Below, one piece after another: positions 27,086-40,554 of a stretch of DNA of 64,000 nt. The DNA is from Eledone cirrhosa (Eukaryota), in the NCBI GenBank assembly GCA_964016885.1, contig OZ024743.1:263066001-263130000 (forward strand), read 5' to 3'. A model generated the notes under the pieces. It saw nothing but the letters and a program-made list of their open reading frames with translations. It made no database searches and was not told the DNA's origin. The translations under genes were made by a program, and so were the position numbers. Each line of letters opens with the position of its first letter. Positions within the stretch are counted from its first letter, which is position 1.

Positions 27086-27533
27086 AGTACTTCGTTTTAC
27101 GTTTCCTCTATGAACGAAATCTCGTTGTAGCGAAGCCAAAATCCTTTCACGAAGAAAAGAAACGAAAAATAAAAAAAAATGAAAGAAAATATATACTCAT
27201 CCCGTTAATGAAAATAGTTTCATACTCCCAAACACAGATTCTCAACTATAAATCAGGGAGTTGTTTCCGTTTTCAAAGCATATCTTAGAAATAATTTATT
27301 ATCTTATATGTCAGTGAGACAGATTATGTTAGAACTTTTAAGTCAGTTGATTATGGCGACTGGTGATAAACATCAGCCTATCAAAGAATTTTGTGAAAAA
27401 TTACAAGATTATGCAAGCGATGATGATAATAAAGATTCGTGAAAACAAGCTAAACACATACGTCTGTCTGGGGAGAGATTTAATCAAGCAAGATCCTTTA
27501 TCCTAATAAAGGATGCGCACATGCGGTTGCGTG

Positions 27534-27734
27534 CAGTGCCGGATTTGCCATTGTGCTTAGGTGTGCTTAATTACAGAACCTCTAGGCCAGGTTGGTGGTG
27601 GTGGTGGTGGGAATCTTCCTGCCCCTCCCTCCTCAACTTTTTACGATGAATTTTTCAAATGATTTTTAGGGGCCAAGTATGGGGCCTCATAACTTAACTA
27701 GCACAGGGCCTCATTTGTCCTAAATCTGGCACTG
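27534..27734. mobile_element. hAT-type MITE with an 8-bp TSD (second copy at 39511-39676, opposite orientation)
   Basis: TIRs cagtgccggattt / aaatctggcactg; TSD gttgcgtg at 27526-27533 and 27735-27742. Confidence 0.85.
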
Positions 27735-28564
27735 GTTGCGTGGCGCTTTGTGTATGAATGATTGCGTGTATGAAGTAGCCAACGGTAACAGCACGAATTT
27801 GTCGATGCCCAGGATGTGTATGCCATCCCATTGTCTCAGAGGACAGAATAGAGAAAGTAGTATTACTCCGGAGGAGGAGAAAAGAGACGCACTGAAAGAG
27901 ACATTCCAAATTGCGGTGCTCACTCCTGCAGGTGGTCCTCTGTCTCGATAGCAAGTGTTTGATGAGGTGGTTCGGGTAGCCACAACGTTAGAAGTTTCCA
28001 CCGCAATAGGTCCAATGATAAACATATAGGAAAGTCACCGATACTTTAACAACTTGCGATCTTCAGTTTGTCGGGCAACAAAACCTGATTCTGCCGTTGA
28101 ATTCACCAGGTTGTTGCCAGAGAAACAGTTCCAATTATTAAAAATCGAGTATATATTAGGTAGTAAGTAAGATTTTAAAAAAGTTGGTTCAGAATTTATT
28201 TTATGCTAATAATAAGCTGCTCATATATGAAGATCTTAAGGAGTTAACAAAATCGTAAGTGTCTTGTTAAAGAAGCGAAGATGAGACTTTTCGCAACCGA
28301 TTTTAACAACAAAGGCCTTTAAGTTAATAATTCAGTAAATAATTCAAATTCCGAACGAAGCATGAATATATAAAGTTAACCCTGATTTAGTACATGGAAG
28401 AAGTAAAGGCTCGTAAGAAGAAAGCAAAGAAGTCAAATGTCTATGCCTTGTCTGTAAACATAAAAATTCTGTCCACATTTCTTTGATATTATTTCAGATT
28501 TTTACTCAGAAGAGCAGTGGTGTGGTAAAATCGGAAAAATGCTTCATTCTATTTTTTCGGCTCT

Positions 28565-28700
28565 TTATATTCTGAGTTCTAACTCCTCCGGGGTTAAGTT
28601 TACCTTCCAGCCTTCCGACGTAGATAAAGTAAAGTACCAGTCAAGAATTAGGGTCGACATAATAGCCTTCCGCTCCCCACTTAAAATTGCTGGCTTTGTA
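28565..28700 (-). mobile_element. Diverged Meta-domain SINE fragment (sense on + strand sequence reading gagttctaactcc..)
   Basis: gagttctaactcctccggggttaagtttaccttccagcc..agataaagtaaagtaccagt; strand assignment uncertain. Confidence 0.5.
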
Positions 28701-28965
28701 TTTTTACTTGTTGTGTAAATTAAAGGATTTGTGTATATTTTCTGACGAAAATGCGTACCATTGTGACGAAAGGATTTTCTCTGTATACACAGAGGCAATA
28801 TCAGATAGCTGTATTTCAAATACGACTGTCATTAATTAACATCTGATAACATCCGATATCTAACTAAAAGAAAGTGGAACATATCGATTGCGTTAATTGA
28901 GGTGTATATATATATATATATATAAAACTTACAGAATAATCAAAACTATGTTCAAAACATTTTAT

Positions 28966-29012
28966 TGCTGACAATCTTTTCTTCCAAACTTTCGTTTGGG
29001 ATCATCGGAGCA
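28966..29012 (-). ncRNA. Hammerhead variant (CCGAUGA core) with a damaged stem III
   Basis: Minus strand: ugcu-CCGAUGA-ucCCAAAC-gaaa-GUUUGGaa-GAAA-agauug-UC-agca. Confidence 0.58.
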
Positions 29013-29595
29013 CTAGCAAAGTTTAGACATATAATTAACCTCCTATTCCACAGAACAATCGTAAAGATACATAGATGTTATTGTTGTCATTAACAGTGTC
29101 ATATTTAAAGAGTGAAGATGATGTGGTCAGTATCAGTGGATGCGACAAAGATTATAAAAGAATAATACAACAATTATAGAGGAATTAAAGAAGCAAGTTA
29201 CTCGCAAAACGACAACATTAGCAGTACATATGCAAGCCTATAGAAAGGGTGCAGATGTGTGAGGTATGTACAGAATAACCAGGTAATAAACAAGCAATGG
29301 TACTAAGCATATATATCACAGTATGACAAAGGTATCACATAATACGATACAGGTATAAAAACATATTAAGCAGACAGAGATGCTTGTTATGAAAAGCAGT
29401 TTCTATGAAGTTTATGGTGGATGTAATGTGATAATTATTCTGGTAATGTTCAAATGTTTCCCTTTCCATTACATTGGTTAAATTTTAGTAAATGTTTATC
29501 AGTAGTTACAACTATGGATTGTATATTGGTCCTATTACAATCTTATCCAGGGTTCGAGTTGTTCTAGAGTGATCTGTCTAACGGTTTAATTCCAG

Positions 29596-32500
29596 ACTTC
29601 TTCAAACGTCTAGAGACTTTTCTGGGAACGTCCCACTCCTTGCTTTTAGAGGGGGACTGGAATGGAATCCTAGATGCGCGTTGGGACTATGTGGGAGCAT
29701 GTCCCGATAAAGGGGGGTGTAACATCCTCAAATAGTTAATCGGCCGATTTGAACTGGCCGATAGATATCGACTAGATTTTCCGACTGTGCCACTGTGGAC
29801 GTGAACTAATCGCAGCGGAACATCTAGATCGTACCTAGATAGGGTTCTAGTTAGAAATAAGGATAGGGACATGTTAAGCTGTCCACAAATGTTCATGGTT
29901 GCCTATTCAGATCACAAACTAGTGACCTGCATGGTCAACCTTGATAGAACCCATAGACAAGGACCCGGCTACTGGAAGCTGAACTTGTCGTTACCGACAT
30001 GCAAAGCCTACAGTAGACGGATTAGCACTTTAGTTAAACAGCACTTGACAGGGGCCATTGTCAACAACAGATGGTGGTACTCTCTCAAGAGGGCAGTTAG
30101 ATTAGACTCGTTAGTTTTTAGTAAAGAATTAGCGTTAGATAGAAATAGAACCGAGAAAGAACTGGTAGATAAAGTAGAAGAGGCAATTATAAGTGGCAAC
30201 GTAGCCAGCGTGCTAGCAACGAGAAAGGCCTTGGACCAGTTCTTCGACGCAAATCATGAGGGCTGCATTGTCAGAAGCAAAATACGTGCTCTGGGAAACG
30301 AGGGAGCCAAAGCTGTTAGCTGGGCCCGAGTGATGGAGCCAAAAAGTGTCAACAAGTACACGATTCGGTCTTTGAAGGACCAAAACGAACGCGTGATACG
30401 TGAGCCGAAGCAGATGTGTGCGGCCTTTCAGCGGCACTTTGCTCAGCTGTTCGGACAGGGCGGCGCGCCGGGAGGGACTATGGATTTCAGCCCATACCTC
30501 GACGGCCTACCGCAACTCTCGGATAGCGAGGTATAGTTCTGCGAAAAGCCGATTTCAGCCGCTGAGATAGGTGACGCGTTGAGCCAATGCGGCAAACGCA
30601 AATCTCCAGGTCTCGACGGTCTACCCTACGAATTTTACGTAGCAATGCCGGACTTATTCTCCGGTCTCCTGGAAGCGGTCTACTGCAACTGACGAATTCT
30701 GAACGGGAGAATTCCCAGTTCTGTGACCGGGGGCGTAGTCACACTAGTCAGGAAGGACGAGAATAAGAGGGATGACATAGGCAACATTCGGCCCATAACT
30801 CTGCTAAACACAGAGTTACAGATTTTGGCCAAGGTGTTGGCAAAGAGGCTGGCGCTTGTCGAGAACATGGTGGGAGAAGCGCAGACATGCGCAATCCCGA
30901 CCAGGTCCATACACGACAACCTCCACTTCATGCGATACATCATTAAGAGGGTAGGGTGTAAACCCGGCTTCGGTGGGGCCCTGATCAACTTGGATCAGTC
31001 TAAGGCTTTCGATAGGGTTGACCATCGTTACCTGCATGCAGCAGGCTTCGGACCCGTGTTCAGGGGCTGGATTGCTGCAATGCATAACAGCAACATCTGC
31101 TCAAGGGTTAAGGTGAACGGCTACCTCTCGGAGCCGTTCCATATCACGCGATCCATTCGACAGGGATGCCCTCTATCCTCCCTTCTGTACGTATTGACTC
31201 TCGAGCCACTACTGCGGAAGTTGGAGCTATTGCAGGGCATCCCTCTGGAACAGGGACTGCGGAAAGCGACGTGAGAGTAATGGTGTCGAGCGCCTCGCAA
31301 ATCGAGGAAGTCGGCACCTTACTGAAGGAATACGAAAGGTTCACAGGAGCGAAGCTGAACCGGGACAAGTCCATCGGTTTGCAACTCGGATCGTGGAGAG
31401 GCAAACCGATGCCTTCCGATGGCGTCGTCGGACGCTGGACGGAAGGACCAGTAAAGTTGCTCGGGGTCTGGTTTGGTCCGGACCTCCAGGTGGAGAAGAA
31501 CTGGAACGAGGTGTCGGCCAAGGTGTTTGCACTCACCCAGAAGTGGGCCGAGTGCAAACTATCCTTGAAAGGTCGAGCGGAGGTGGCAAATATTTCTATA
31601 GCGTCCACCATCTACTACCGCTTGACCGTCGTGCCTTGTCCAGCCAAAACGCTCGCCAAAATGGAGCGCGCGCTCTTCCAATTTCTTTGGAAGAGGCGTG
31701 CTCCTTTGGTGAGAAGATCCATATGCTGCCAATGCCCTTCCAACGGAGGGCTGGGGATGCCGTGGCTGACGATGCGCAAACACGCGCTCAGGTGTGGGCC
31801 CCGTTCGTGAGGCGAGCCTTCCGACGACTCGTCTTGCTGATCGAGCTGCAGTCCTGGCTCAAGAAAAGACCGAGGAAAATGGGCGACTGGCACATCGAAT
31901 GTGCTCAGGCGCTCACAGCCCTCTGGCAGGCGCACCCGGCGATCAGTGGAGACTCCACTTCGTCATTCTATAGAGGGTTGATCCGCAGCAAGTGCGACGA
32001 CGTGCTCGGTGAAACTCTGGGCATAGAGTAAGACGAACTGGCCAGTCTGTTCGGTAGGACCTTCCGCCCGGGACCGATGGACAACTTCCAAAAGTCCCTG
32101 GCTACCGAGGAGCTCTACCAGTTCGAGACAAGCTCTATAGACATGGGCGCTCGGGCAGGGACCCTGAAAAAAGATCTGTCCAAGGTGCGTGCGAGACGAA
32201 GAAACCGTCGCGCACGCATTCATACACTGCCCGGGCATCACCGACCTGTGGGCTTATGTAGAACGACTATTGTCGCTGGTGGGACCAATCCGGTTGACCA
32301 CCGAGTCCATTGTCATGATCAAACCGCCACCCTCCTTAAAAAACGAAGGAGAGGCGGTTTTCCTGTGTGTGATAGCTATGGCGAAAGAGGTTGTATGGTG
32401 GACAAGGTTGAAAGGGCTGAGGTCAGACACCTTTCTCTCCGGCCAACAACTGATTCTTTTTTTCAAATACCACTTTGGAAGAAGAGTCAGGATGGAGAGA

Positions 32501-32830
32501 GAGGTGCTGTACTCCAGCAAGTTTTATGAAAGGTGGGTGAAAGTGGCGAGAATGGCCCGAGTGAATGGGCCTTCTCTCTATATCAGCCTGTAGGTTGAGG
32601 AAAAGGAGGAGGAGAGGAAATGAGTACAAACTCTTCGTACTCCTGGAGATGGGGGTTGCACATTTTTTTTCGGGGGTATGTGTTACCCATATGAAATGTC
32701 TCCCCCTATTGGGGAAAATCGATTAACTTTTAAATTACATTTGTGATAATATTTTACGTTTTTATTGTATGTAAAATTCCCTCTTTGTATTTGTCCCCTT
32801 CTTTTGTGCCCCTGTGGCTAATAAACAAAC
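29596..32830 (+). pseudogene. Tx1/L1-like LINE ORF2, 5'-truncated (APE C-part, RT, C-terminal zinc knuckle) with 3'UTR and AATAAA
   Basis: GDWNG, SDHK, GPGYWKLN, RPITLLN, LDQSKAFDRV, RQGCPLS, LSLKGR, EETVAHAFIHC; several frameshifts and stops. Confidence 0.92.
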
Positions 32831-33299
32831 ATATATTAATGGGAGCTAATGTGAAAGGGGGGGGGGGGTAATTAGCGATTAATTTGTATATAAGAGAAAA
32901 AAATGTATAGTTGTTTACAACTCCAATTAGTTAAATTCTATGTGTTAATATACAATATATTATGTTATAAGTGAATCCTTTAGTATAATGCTATTTATTT
33001 TAAAATTTATATATTTTTAATTACAATCTTTTTTCCTATAATACATTAAAAGGTCTCATTTTATCACATCTGCACCCTTTCTATACGCTTTCAATAAAAA
33101 TACCTCTAAAATCTCTTACTCTACCACACCTAACATCGCATACCATATAGGTAGTAGTAATAAAAGGAAGATTAATAATTATTTCCAACTAATTAAATCA
33201 CAACAGGGGGTGAACTTACATAACAACATAGTACCAGAGAATACTAGTAGCAATAATAGTAATAGCACTAATGAAATTAATAACAATGAGAATGATAAT

Positions 33300-35745
33300 G
33301 ATTTCTTTATTGGCCACAAGGGCTGACATCAAGAAAAACATTACAGACGGCACAGGACGGTACAGGACAGTACGATGTAGGTTTTGTGCGTGTAAATATT
33401 TTTATTATTTATATAAGAAAAAAGGGCGGTGGATTGGCAGTATCGGTAGAGGACCGGACGCCATGCTTTGACGCATAGAGTTACGGTCCTTTATGATCTC
33501 AGTTCAAATCCCGCCGAGGTTAACTTTGCCTTTCATCCTTACGGGGTCGATAAAATAAAGTATCAGTCACGCACTGGGGTCGATTTAATCAAGTTGATCA
33601 AGTTGATCAGGGCCCCACCCGTGCCAGGTTCCTTAACCACCCTCTCTATGATGTATCGCATGAGGTGGGGGTTGTCGTGTATGGATCTGTCCGGAATGGC
33701 GCATGTCTGCGCCTCTCTCACCAGACCCTTGACGACAAGCGCTATCCTCGTTGCTAACACCTTGGCCAAAATCTTGAACTCTGTGTTTAGCAGGGTTATG
33801 GGCCTGAAATTATCGATAACATCCCCCTTGTTCGGGTCTTTTCTCAGCAGCGCCACTGCTCCCCGGCTAAAAAAACTGGGAATGCTCCCGTTCTGCTGCC
33901 AGTTGCAGTAGACGTCTGCCAAGAGGTCACCGAACAAGTCTGGTATAAATGCATAAAGCTCGTAGGGCAGACCATCCAAACCTGGCGATTTACCCCTTGT
34001 GCAGTTAGCCAACGCTTCCCGTATTTTACCGGCTGTTATTGGCTTTTCGCAACACTGTGCTGCAGTCGTCGAGAGCCGAGGCAGTCCGTCGAGGTATGCA
34101 CTGAAGTCCATGCCCCGATCCGGGCCGCCGCCGCTCCCGAACAGTTCAGCAAAGTGCTGCTGAAAAGCTTCACACATCCGCTCGTGCTCGAGCATCACGC
34201 ACCCGTTTTGGTCAGACAAAGACCGAATTGTGGCTTTGTTGCCACGTCGCGCCTCTGCCACCCGGGCCCATTGGACGGCTTTTGTCCCCTCGTGTTTCAG
34301 AGCACGCGCTCTAGCTCTGACAACGCAGCCTTCGTGTTTTGCGTTGAAGAATTGGTCGAGTGCCAATCTCGCCGCAAGCACATCGGTTGCGATGCCTATC
34401 CTAAACGCCTCTTCTAGCTTTCTGACTACTCATTTGCTAAACCTAATCGACTCTACTTTAATTGCCCTTTTCAGGGCGAACCACCACCTGTTCTTGACGA
34501 CCGCTCCCGTCAATGCCCGCTTGACTAATACGCTAATCCGGTCTCTGTAGGCTTTGCGCACCGGGAAAGACGCGTTCAGCTTCCAGTAACCAGGCCCTTG
34601 TCTATGAAGTCTGTCTATGTCGATCTCACAGATCACAAATTTGTGGTCTGTGTAGTCGACTATTTTAAATTGTGGACAACTTATACTAGCCTTATCTAGT
34701 TCTCTGCAGAATACCCTATCGAGATGACCCGATGCGGTTTGTCCATGTCCACATTGGCACATTCGGGTGATCCAGTCGATACCTGTCAGACAGTTCAAAA
34801 CGTCTGAGCAGGTTGGTGAGGCTCTTGCACCCTCCTCCCCTATCCAATAGCCCCACACAATCCCAGCGTGCATCCAAGATACCGTTCCAGTCGCCCACTA
34901 ACACTAAAGAGCGGGAGGTTCCAAGAAAGGTCTCTAGACGTCTGAAGAAATCTGGCCGTCCTGCCCCTGTTGGGGCGTAGATGGCTACTAGCCTGAAAGC
35001 ATTGCCTTCGCTGCCGGTCACGTCCAGCACCACCAACTTACCTTCTGGGTCTAGGAAGATGGCCCGTATCGCGAGTTCCAAGCCTCTCCGAAAAAGGTCG
35101 GCAACCCCTCCCCCCGATCCTGGACGGCTGGGAGATGCGTATACATCGTAGCCGCCGAATATCGGTGCGAAGGTTTGTGCTTCGGAGATTCTGGTTTCAC
35201 TGATGGCCACCACATCTATGTTTAGTGACCTGAGGTCGTTGAGCAGGTGACCCTGCTTCCAAGATGACCCCAGGCCACGTGCATTTATACTGCCTATTCT
35301 GAGTACGGCCATGTTGGATGAGAAACGGGGCAAGTGAGAAAGGGTCACTTACCTTGATTGTGTGGTGAAGGGACAGTAGAACCGTTCCTTTCGCTGGTCA
35401 TGGGTGTTTCCAAGAGGATGTCAGTGTATATCCTCTTGGTAACCAACCCTCTGAAGTCTCAAACTGCGTTGGGGAATTTTTGTTTTAAAGGTTTGTACTG
35501 TTCTATTGAGATTTCGATGATGCTTATGTTTGTCGGGAGACTTCTTGATGTTGGTGGGGTGTAGTAATTTTTTTCTGTGATGTCTGTGTGCTGATTTATA
35601 TATTCTATGAGTTCTTTTTTTGCCATGTTTATGGCTGTGTACTTTTGAGGGAGAGGGGTGATTTTGTTGCTGTTTTCTTCTTGTTGCTGTTTGGTGTGTG
35701 TGTCTTGTGTTTGCGTTGTTGGTGTTTTTGGTGATGCTGGTGGTG
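33300..35745 (-). pseudogene. Second Tx1/L1-like LINE: ORF1 tail, ORF2 APE and N-terminal RT, large internal loss, and 3' end
   Basis: SINARGL, ISETR, AIYAP, GDWN, TDHK, GPGYWKLN, SPGLDG, RPITLLN; 3' end gcccttgtggccaataaa matches the first LINE's gcccctgtggctaataaa. Confidence 0.9.
33422..33590 (+). mobile_element. Meta-domain SINE at the LINE deletion breakpoint
   Basis: Full head gggcggtggattggcagtatcgg, B box, Meta-like core. Confidence 0.88.
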
Positions 35746-35759
35746 GTATGTTACCCTAA

Positions 35760-35955
35760 TGCTATCCCTAACAACCATGAATCTACACACCCTATTAACC
35801 AGCAAGTAAACAATCAGAATAACTGTAACTGTAGAACAAACAGAACTTGCCCCTTAGGAAAAAATTGCTTACTTAAAGACATCATTTACACATGCACAGT
35901 CAATACAAACAATACTTCACAAACATATATCGGTTCTACTTCGAACTGCTTATAA
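35760..35955 (+). pseudogene. PLE3 Cys-rich linker and start of GIY-YIG
   Basis: CNCRTNRTCPLGKNCLLKDIIYTCTV..TYIGSTS. Confidence 0.8.
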
Positions 35956-36999
35956 TTACCCCCACAGCATCACATTCTATGATCAGCTCATTCCTCTACT
36001 TACCTCCTATTTATCTCAAATCTTATACTCTACAATAACTTTTAGGAATAAACATAAAGTTACCACCATTTAATATAATTACTATAACTTACTAATATTT
36101 TATTCACTTAATTACTATATGGGTAGGTTAGTGATAAAATGAGGCCTTTAAGGTATTATAGGAAAATAAATTGTATTTAAAATTAAATATATAAATTTAA
36201 AAATAAATAGCATTATATAAAAGGATTCACTTATAACATAATATATTGTATATTAACACATAGAATTTAACTAATTGGAGTTGTAAACAACTATACATTT
36301 TTTCTCTTATATACAAATTAATCGCTAATTACCCCCCCCCCCCCCCTTCACATGAGCTCCTCTTAATATAGATCTCTAATTCACTTCCTGAAATTAAACC
36401 GTTAGACAGATCATTCTAGAACAACTCGAATCCTGGATAAGATTGTAATAGGACCAATATACAATCCATAGTTGTAACTACTGATAAACATTTACTAAAA
36501 TTTAACCAATGTAATGGACAGAGAAACCTTAATATTGATACTCACAACACATGCACATTTGAACATTACCAGAACAATTATCACATTACATCCACCATAA
36601 ACTTCATAGAAACTGCTTTTCATAACAAGGATCTCTCTCTGCTTAATATGCTTTTATACCTGTATCATATTCTGTGATACCTTTGTCATACTGTGATATA
36701 TATGCTTAGTACCATTGCTTGTTTATTACCTGGTTATTTTGTACATGCCTAACACATCTGCACCCTTTCTATAGGCTTGCATATGTACTGCTAATGTCAT
36801 CGTTTTGCGAGTAACTTTCTTCTCTAATTCCTCTATAATTTTTGTATTATTCTTTTATAATCTTTGTCGCATCCACTGATACTGACTACATCATCTTCAC
36901 TCTTTAAATATGACACTGTTAATGACAACAATAACATCTATGTATCTTTACGATTGTTCTGTGGAATAGGGGGTTAATTATATGTCTAAACTTTGCTAG

Positions 37000-37046
37000 T
37001 GCTCCGATGATCCCAAACGAAAGTTTGGAAGAAACGATTGTCAGCA
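37000..37046 (+). ncRNA. Hammerhead variant with a U4C core (CCGAUGA) in the PLE3 terminal repeat
   Basis: ugcu-CCGAUGA-ucCCAAAC-gaaa-GUUUGGaa-GAAA-cgauug-UC-agca; GUC triplet. Confidence 0.7.
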
Positions 37047-37551
37047 ATAAAATGTTTTGAACATAGTTTTGATTATTCTGTAATTTATATTCCGGCTCTG
37101 TAAAACATTGGATGTATTTATATTGAGCTATTTTTCTTAGTGGTAATAAGGTAGTAATGAATTACTGACCTTTCCTGTTTATAATTATATATAGTGTATA
37201 TATAAGTATAAATAATATATATATATATATATAAATGAAAACATAAAAATTATTGTCTGCAAGAAGCCAACAGTATTTTATAATATATAAGTGACTATAA
37301 CGTCAAAATGGAAAATAATTAACGTAAGATATGGGAAAATAATTCAAACTCAATTAAAAAAAAAATCAAGACAGAGATTTTATCCACAGATTTTGTGAAA
37401 TCCAGGGAAAAAAACCAATAAAGTCTTAACTCAGAATAAAATAAAGCTTAAATACTCATCCTTCAATTTGGAAAAACTACAAATGCTCTATATAGTCTTA
37501 AAAAGACTATTTCACGAAACTTTTCAGTGGGAATGGTCACGGTTGGAATCG

Positions 37552-37706
<155 letters not shown>

Positions 37707-37740
37707 CAGTGTTGTAGTTTGCTTGAGCATTGTTGAATAG

Positions 37741-38129
37741 GAAACACAAATTTAAAGGATTTTGAAAACCATACAATGGACTAGAAAGAAAATTAAAATT
37801 GCTAAGATTACAAAAGAATCTTACCTTACCAAATTTAATAATCCCAAATATTTTCGGTTTAAATACCCATTATGAAGTGAGTATCCTTATGAGAGACTTA
37901 AAAGATCGATCAGAGTTGACTTGGCAAGCAAATCTTAGTTAAGATTTTAATATAAATCTGTTTTCCAAGTCAACTCTCATAGGGATACTCCCTTGATAAT
38001 GGGTTTTTAAACCCGAAAATATTTTGGATTATTAAATTTGGTAAGATAAGACTTTTTTGGTATCTTAGCAATTTTAATTTTCTTTCTTGTGCATTGTATG
38101 GTTTTCAAAATTATTTAAATATGTGTTTC
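37741..38129. repeat. About 390-bp imperfect palindrome with decayed hammerhead-like motifs (37840-37882 -, 37987-38030 +)
   Basis: Arms are reverse complements; right arm has uccc-UUGAUAA-u-GGGUUU-uu-AAACCC-GAAA-auau-UU-ugga. Confidence 0.8.
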
Positions 38130-38148
38130 ATATGTATAGTATAGTATA

Positions 38149-38201
<53 letters not shown>

Positions 38202-38239
38202 TAAAAAAATCATAGGTTCTGGACTCTTCTACTCTGATT

Positions 38240-38680
38240 AAATGAGTCAACGTTGGGGCATCTACTTAACCGCTCGACCTGCCAGAAATAGCAGCCAAAT
38301 CTCCATCAAACCCAAAACTATCGACTTAAAAAGGACATGTGTATCCTGTATATTAGAAATAGTCGTGATAGAGTCGGTTGGAATGCCTTTAATCATAGGT
38401 CTGCTGGAGCAGACTATGACTATCAAGTTTGGCTTGACACTATTTACTACAAAAACATAGATGTTACTAATGACTATGCAGAGGTCTCCTCGTTCGTCTT
38501 AGTGTTGTTGTTGTGTTATTAGCTCCAGGTCCAGCTATAGCCATCGTTTTTCTGACAATGTATTCAGGACTATATTACCCAGTGTAGCTTTACATTTTTA
38601 AGTGGTACGATATGAGAAGGGTTTAGCTACATTTTCTAGTAGATGGAACAGGCACGTAGAGGCTCTATGGTCAGCTCAGG
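38240..38680. repeat. Dispersed (AAC)n-tailed SINE-like repeat, two opposed copies (others near 50220, 53080, 54290, 55730, 55940, 57130)
   Basis: Recurring agaaatagcagccaaatctcc..aaatcac..cataggtctgct motif. Confidence 0.65.
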
Positions 38681-39774
38681 AGTTTCTGTTCGCAGATGGA
38701 AGACGTGTGTTATAGTTTTGCCAAAAAAATTGTTGCTGTTGTTGAGTACCATGTCAGCGCTGATCGAACAGACATATGGTTTAAAGAACGGGTCTCGAAC
38801 TCAAGGACTCAAAAGGACCATTACGTTTTGGAGCAGAGCAGACCTGTCAATTTTCCTCGTCCGACGGGGATTTCTCCCACCTAGTTTCGGATAGGTGAGA
38901 GATGTCTTCTCTTGTGAAAATAGGTATAGTTTTCATTATGTAAAATCTCCCCATTTTGCCTCATTTCTCTCCGCTTGGGGGAACTTTTTTACATAGTACT
39001 CCCCGTTTGGGTTTTTAAGGTTGGCAAGTCTGGGCGAGGCACAGCACGCCAAAAGTGAGATGGGGAGGAGCGCAAATACCATCAGTAATACAGCTGATTG
39101 ACTGCTATTTAATGCTGTTAATGCTGCTGCGAGTGCAAGAGTATACAAGTAGCGAGGGACAAATTAGCATGTTTATGAAAATATTAGTCCCGAAACTTGA
39201 TTTGCTGCAGGCCATAGAAAAATAGTGTGCGGGCCACGTGTTTGAGACTCCTGATTTAAAGCATTCCAACGATGACCAGAGCCAACCGCTCCACAAGTCG
39301 AATTTCGGTGTCTTTATAACAATTATTAAAAATATTTTCCACAACAAGTAAAACTTGTAATTTGTGTACTAAAGCCAGAGGGCGAAGGGAGCGAAGGGAG
39401 CGCCCACATATATTTAGTTTTTAGGGTCTCCTAGAGTGTTGGTAAAAAGGAGGATGTTATCCTCAAACAGGAGACCTGGTTACTGCTTGTAGTAGAGAGC
39501 ACACCGCTAACAGTGCCGGACTTAGGACAAATGAGGCCCTGTGCTAGTTAAGTTATGAGGCCCCTTACTCGTAAAAAGTTAATCGTAAAACAATTTTTTG
39601 GCATGATAATGGGCCCTCCTGGCCAGCGGAGTCCTTTGCTTAAGCACACCTAAGCACAATGGTAAATCCGGCAATGCTGCTAAACAGGATGACAGATTAT
39701 TTGTATCCCCAGTTTTCCAAGAACACAAAGAACAAGAAAAGATACCGGATAGACTCCAGGAACCTTATAATAAT

Positions 39775-40200
39775 GATTTCTAGTATAGGCACAATGCTAG
39801 TAACTTGAGGGGAGGGAAAGATGGAAAGTCGATTAAGTCGACCACAGTACGATATTGGTGCTTTATTTTATTGACCCCGTAAGGATGAAAGGCAAAGCTA
39901 ACCTCGGCAGGATTTGAACATAGACTGTAAAGAGCCGTAACTCTATACTTCAAATCATGGTGTCCGACTCTCTACGGATACGGCCAATCCACCGCCCGCA
40001 GGAACCTTATAATAATAGGAATAATTGTTTCTACTTTAGGCACAAGGCCAGCAATTACCCAGTGCATTACTGGTACTTTATTTTATCGACCCCGTAAGGA
40101 TGAAAGGCAAAGTCAACCTCGGCGGGATTTGAACTCAGATCGTTAAGGGACGTAACTATGCTGGAAAGCATGGCGTCCGACCCTCTACCGATACTGCCAA
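39775..40200 (-). mobile_element. Two Meta-domain SINEs
   Basis: Same motifs as the other copies. Confidence 0.85.
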
Positions 40201-40511
40201 GTGGTTGCAGCAACTTTGCATAGTGAATAACAAGAAGCTATAATGTCACAATATTTTGTGGTGATTTATCTTTTACTCTCAAGTTTTTAAATTAATTAAT
40301 TAAGTCGTTGGGTAGTTTCTTCTACATTTCCTTCTCTTACAACACATGTCTGTTCGTCATTTACTGACTTGTTTGGCTCGCAAGTAATTTCTCAAGCAAG
40401 TGTTAAGCCTATGTGTCTCTGAGAAGTAGGTGTTTTATGTCGGTACATACATAATACATACGCACACACAAGCGCGCGCACACACACATACACGCACACA
40501 CACATTCACAC

Positions 40512-40554
<43 letters not shown>

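Larger units (their letters stand above)
28925..37085. mobile_element. PLE family 3 inverted structure: left arm (-; 28925-29595 plus 32833-33068) and right arm (+; 35750-37085), enclosing two LINEs
   Basis: Left arm is the reverse complement of 36130-37085; GIY-YIG remnant at 35760-35955; an HHR near each outer end. Confidence 0.82.

Noticed and set aside
28731-28790. CUGACGA..GAAA..UC hammerhead-like string
   Set aside because: Stems I and II do not pair next to the core
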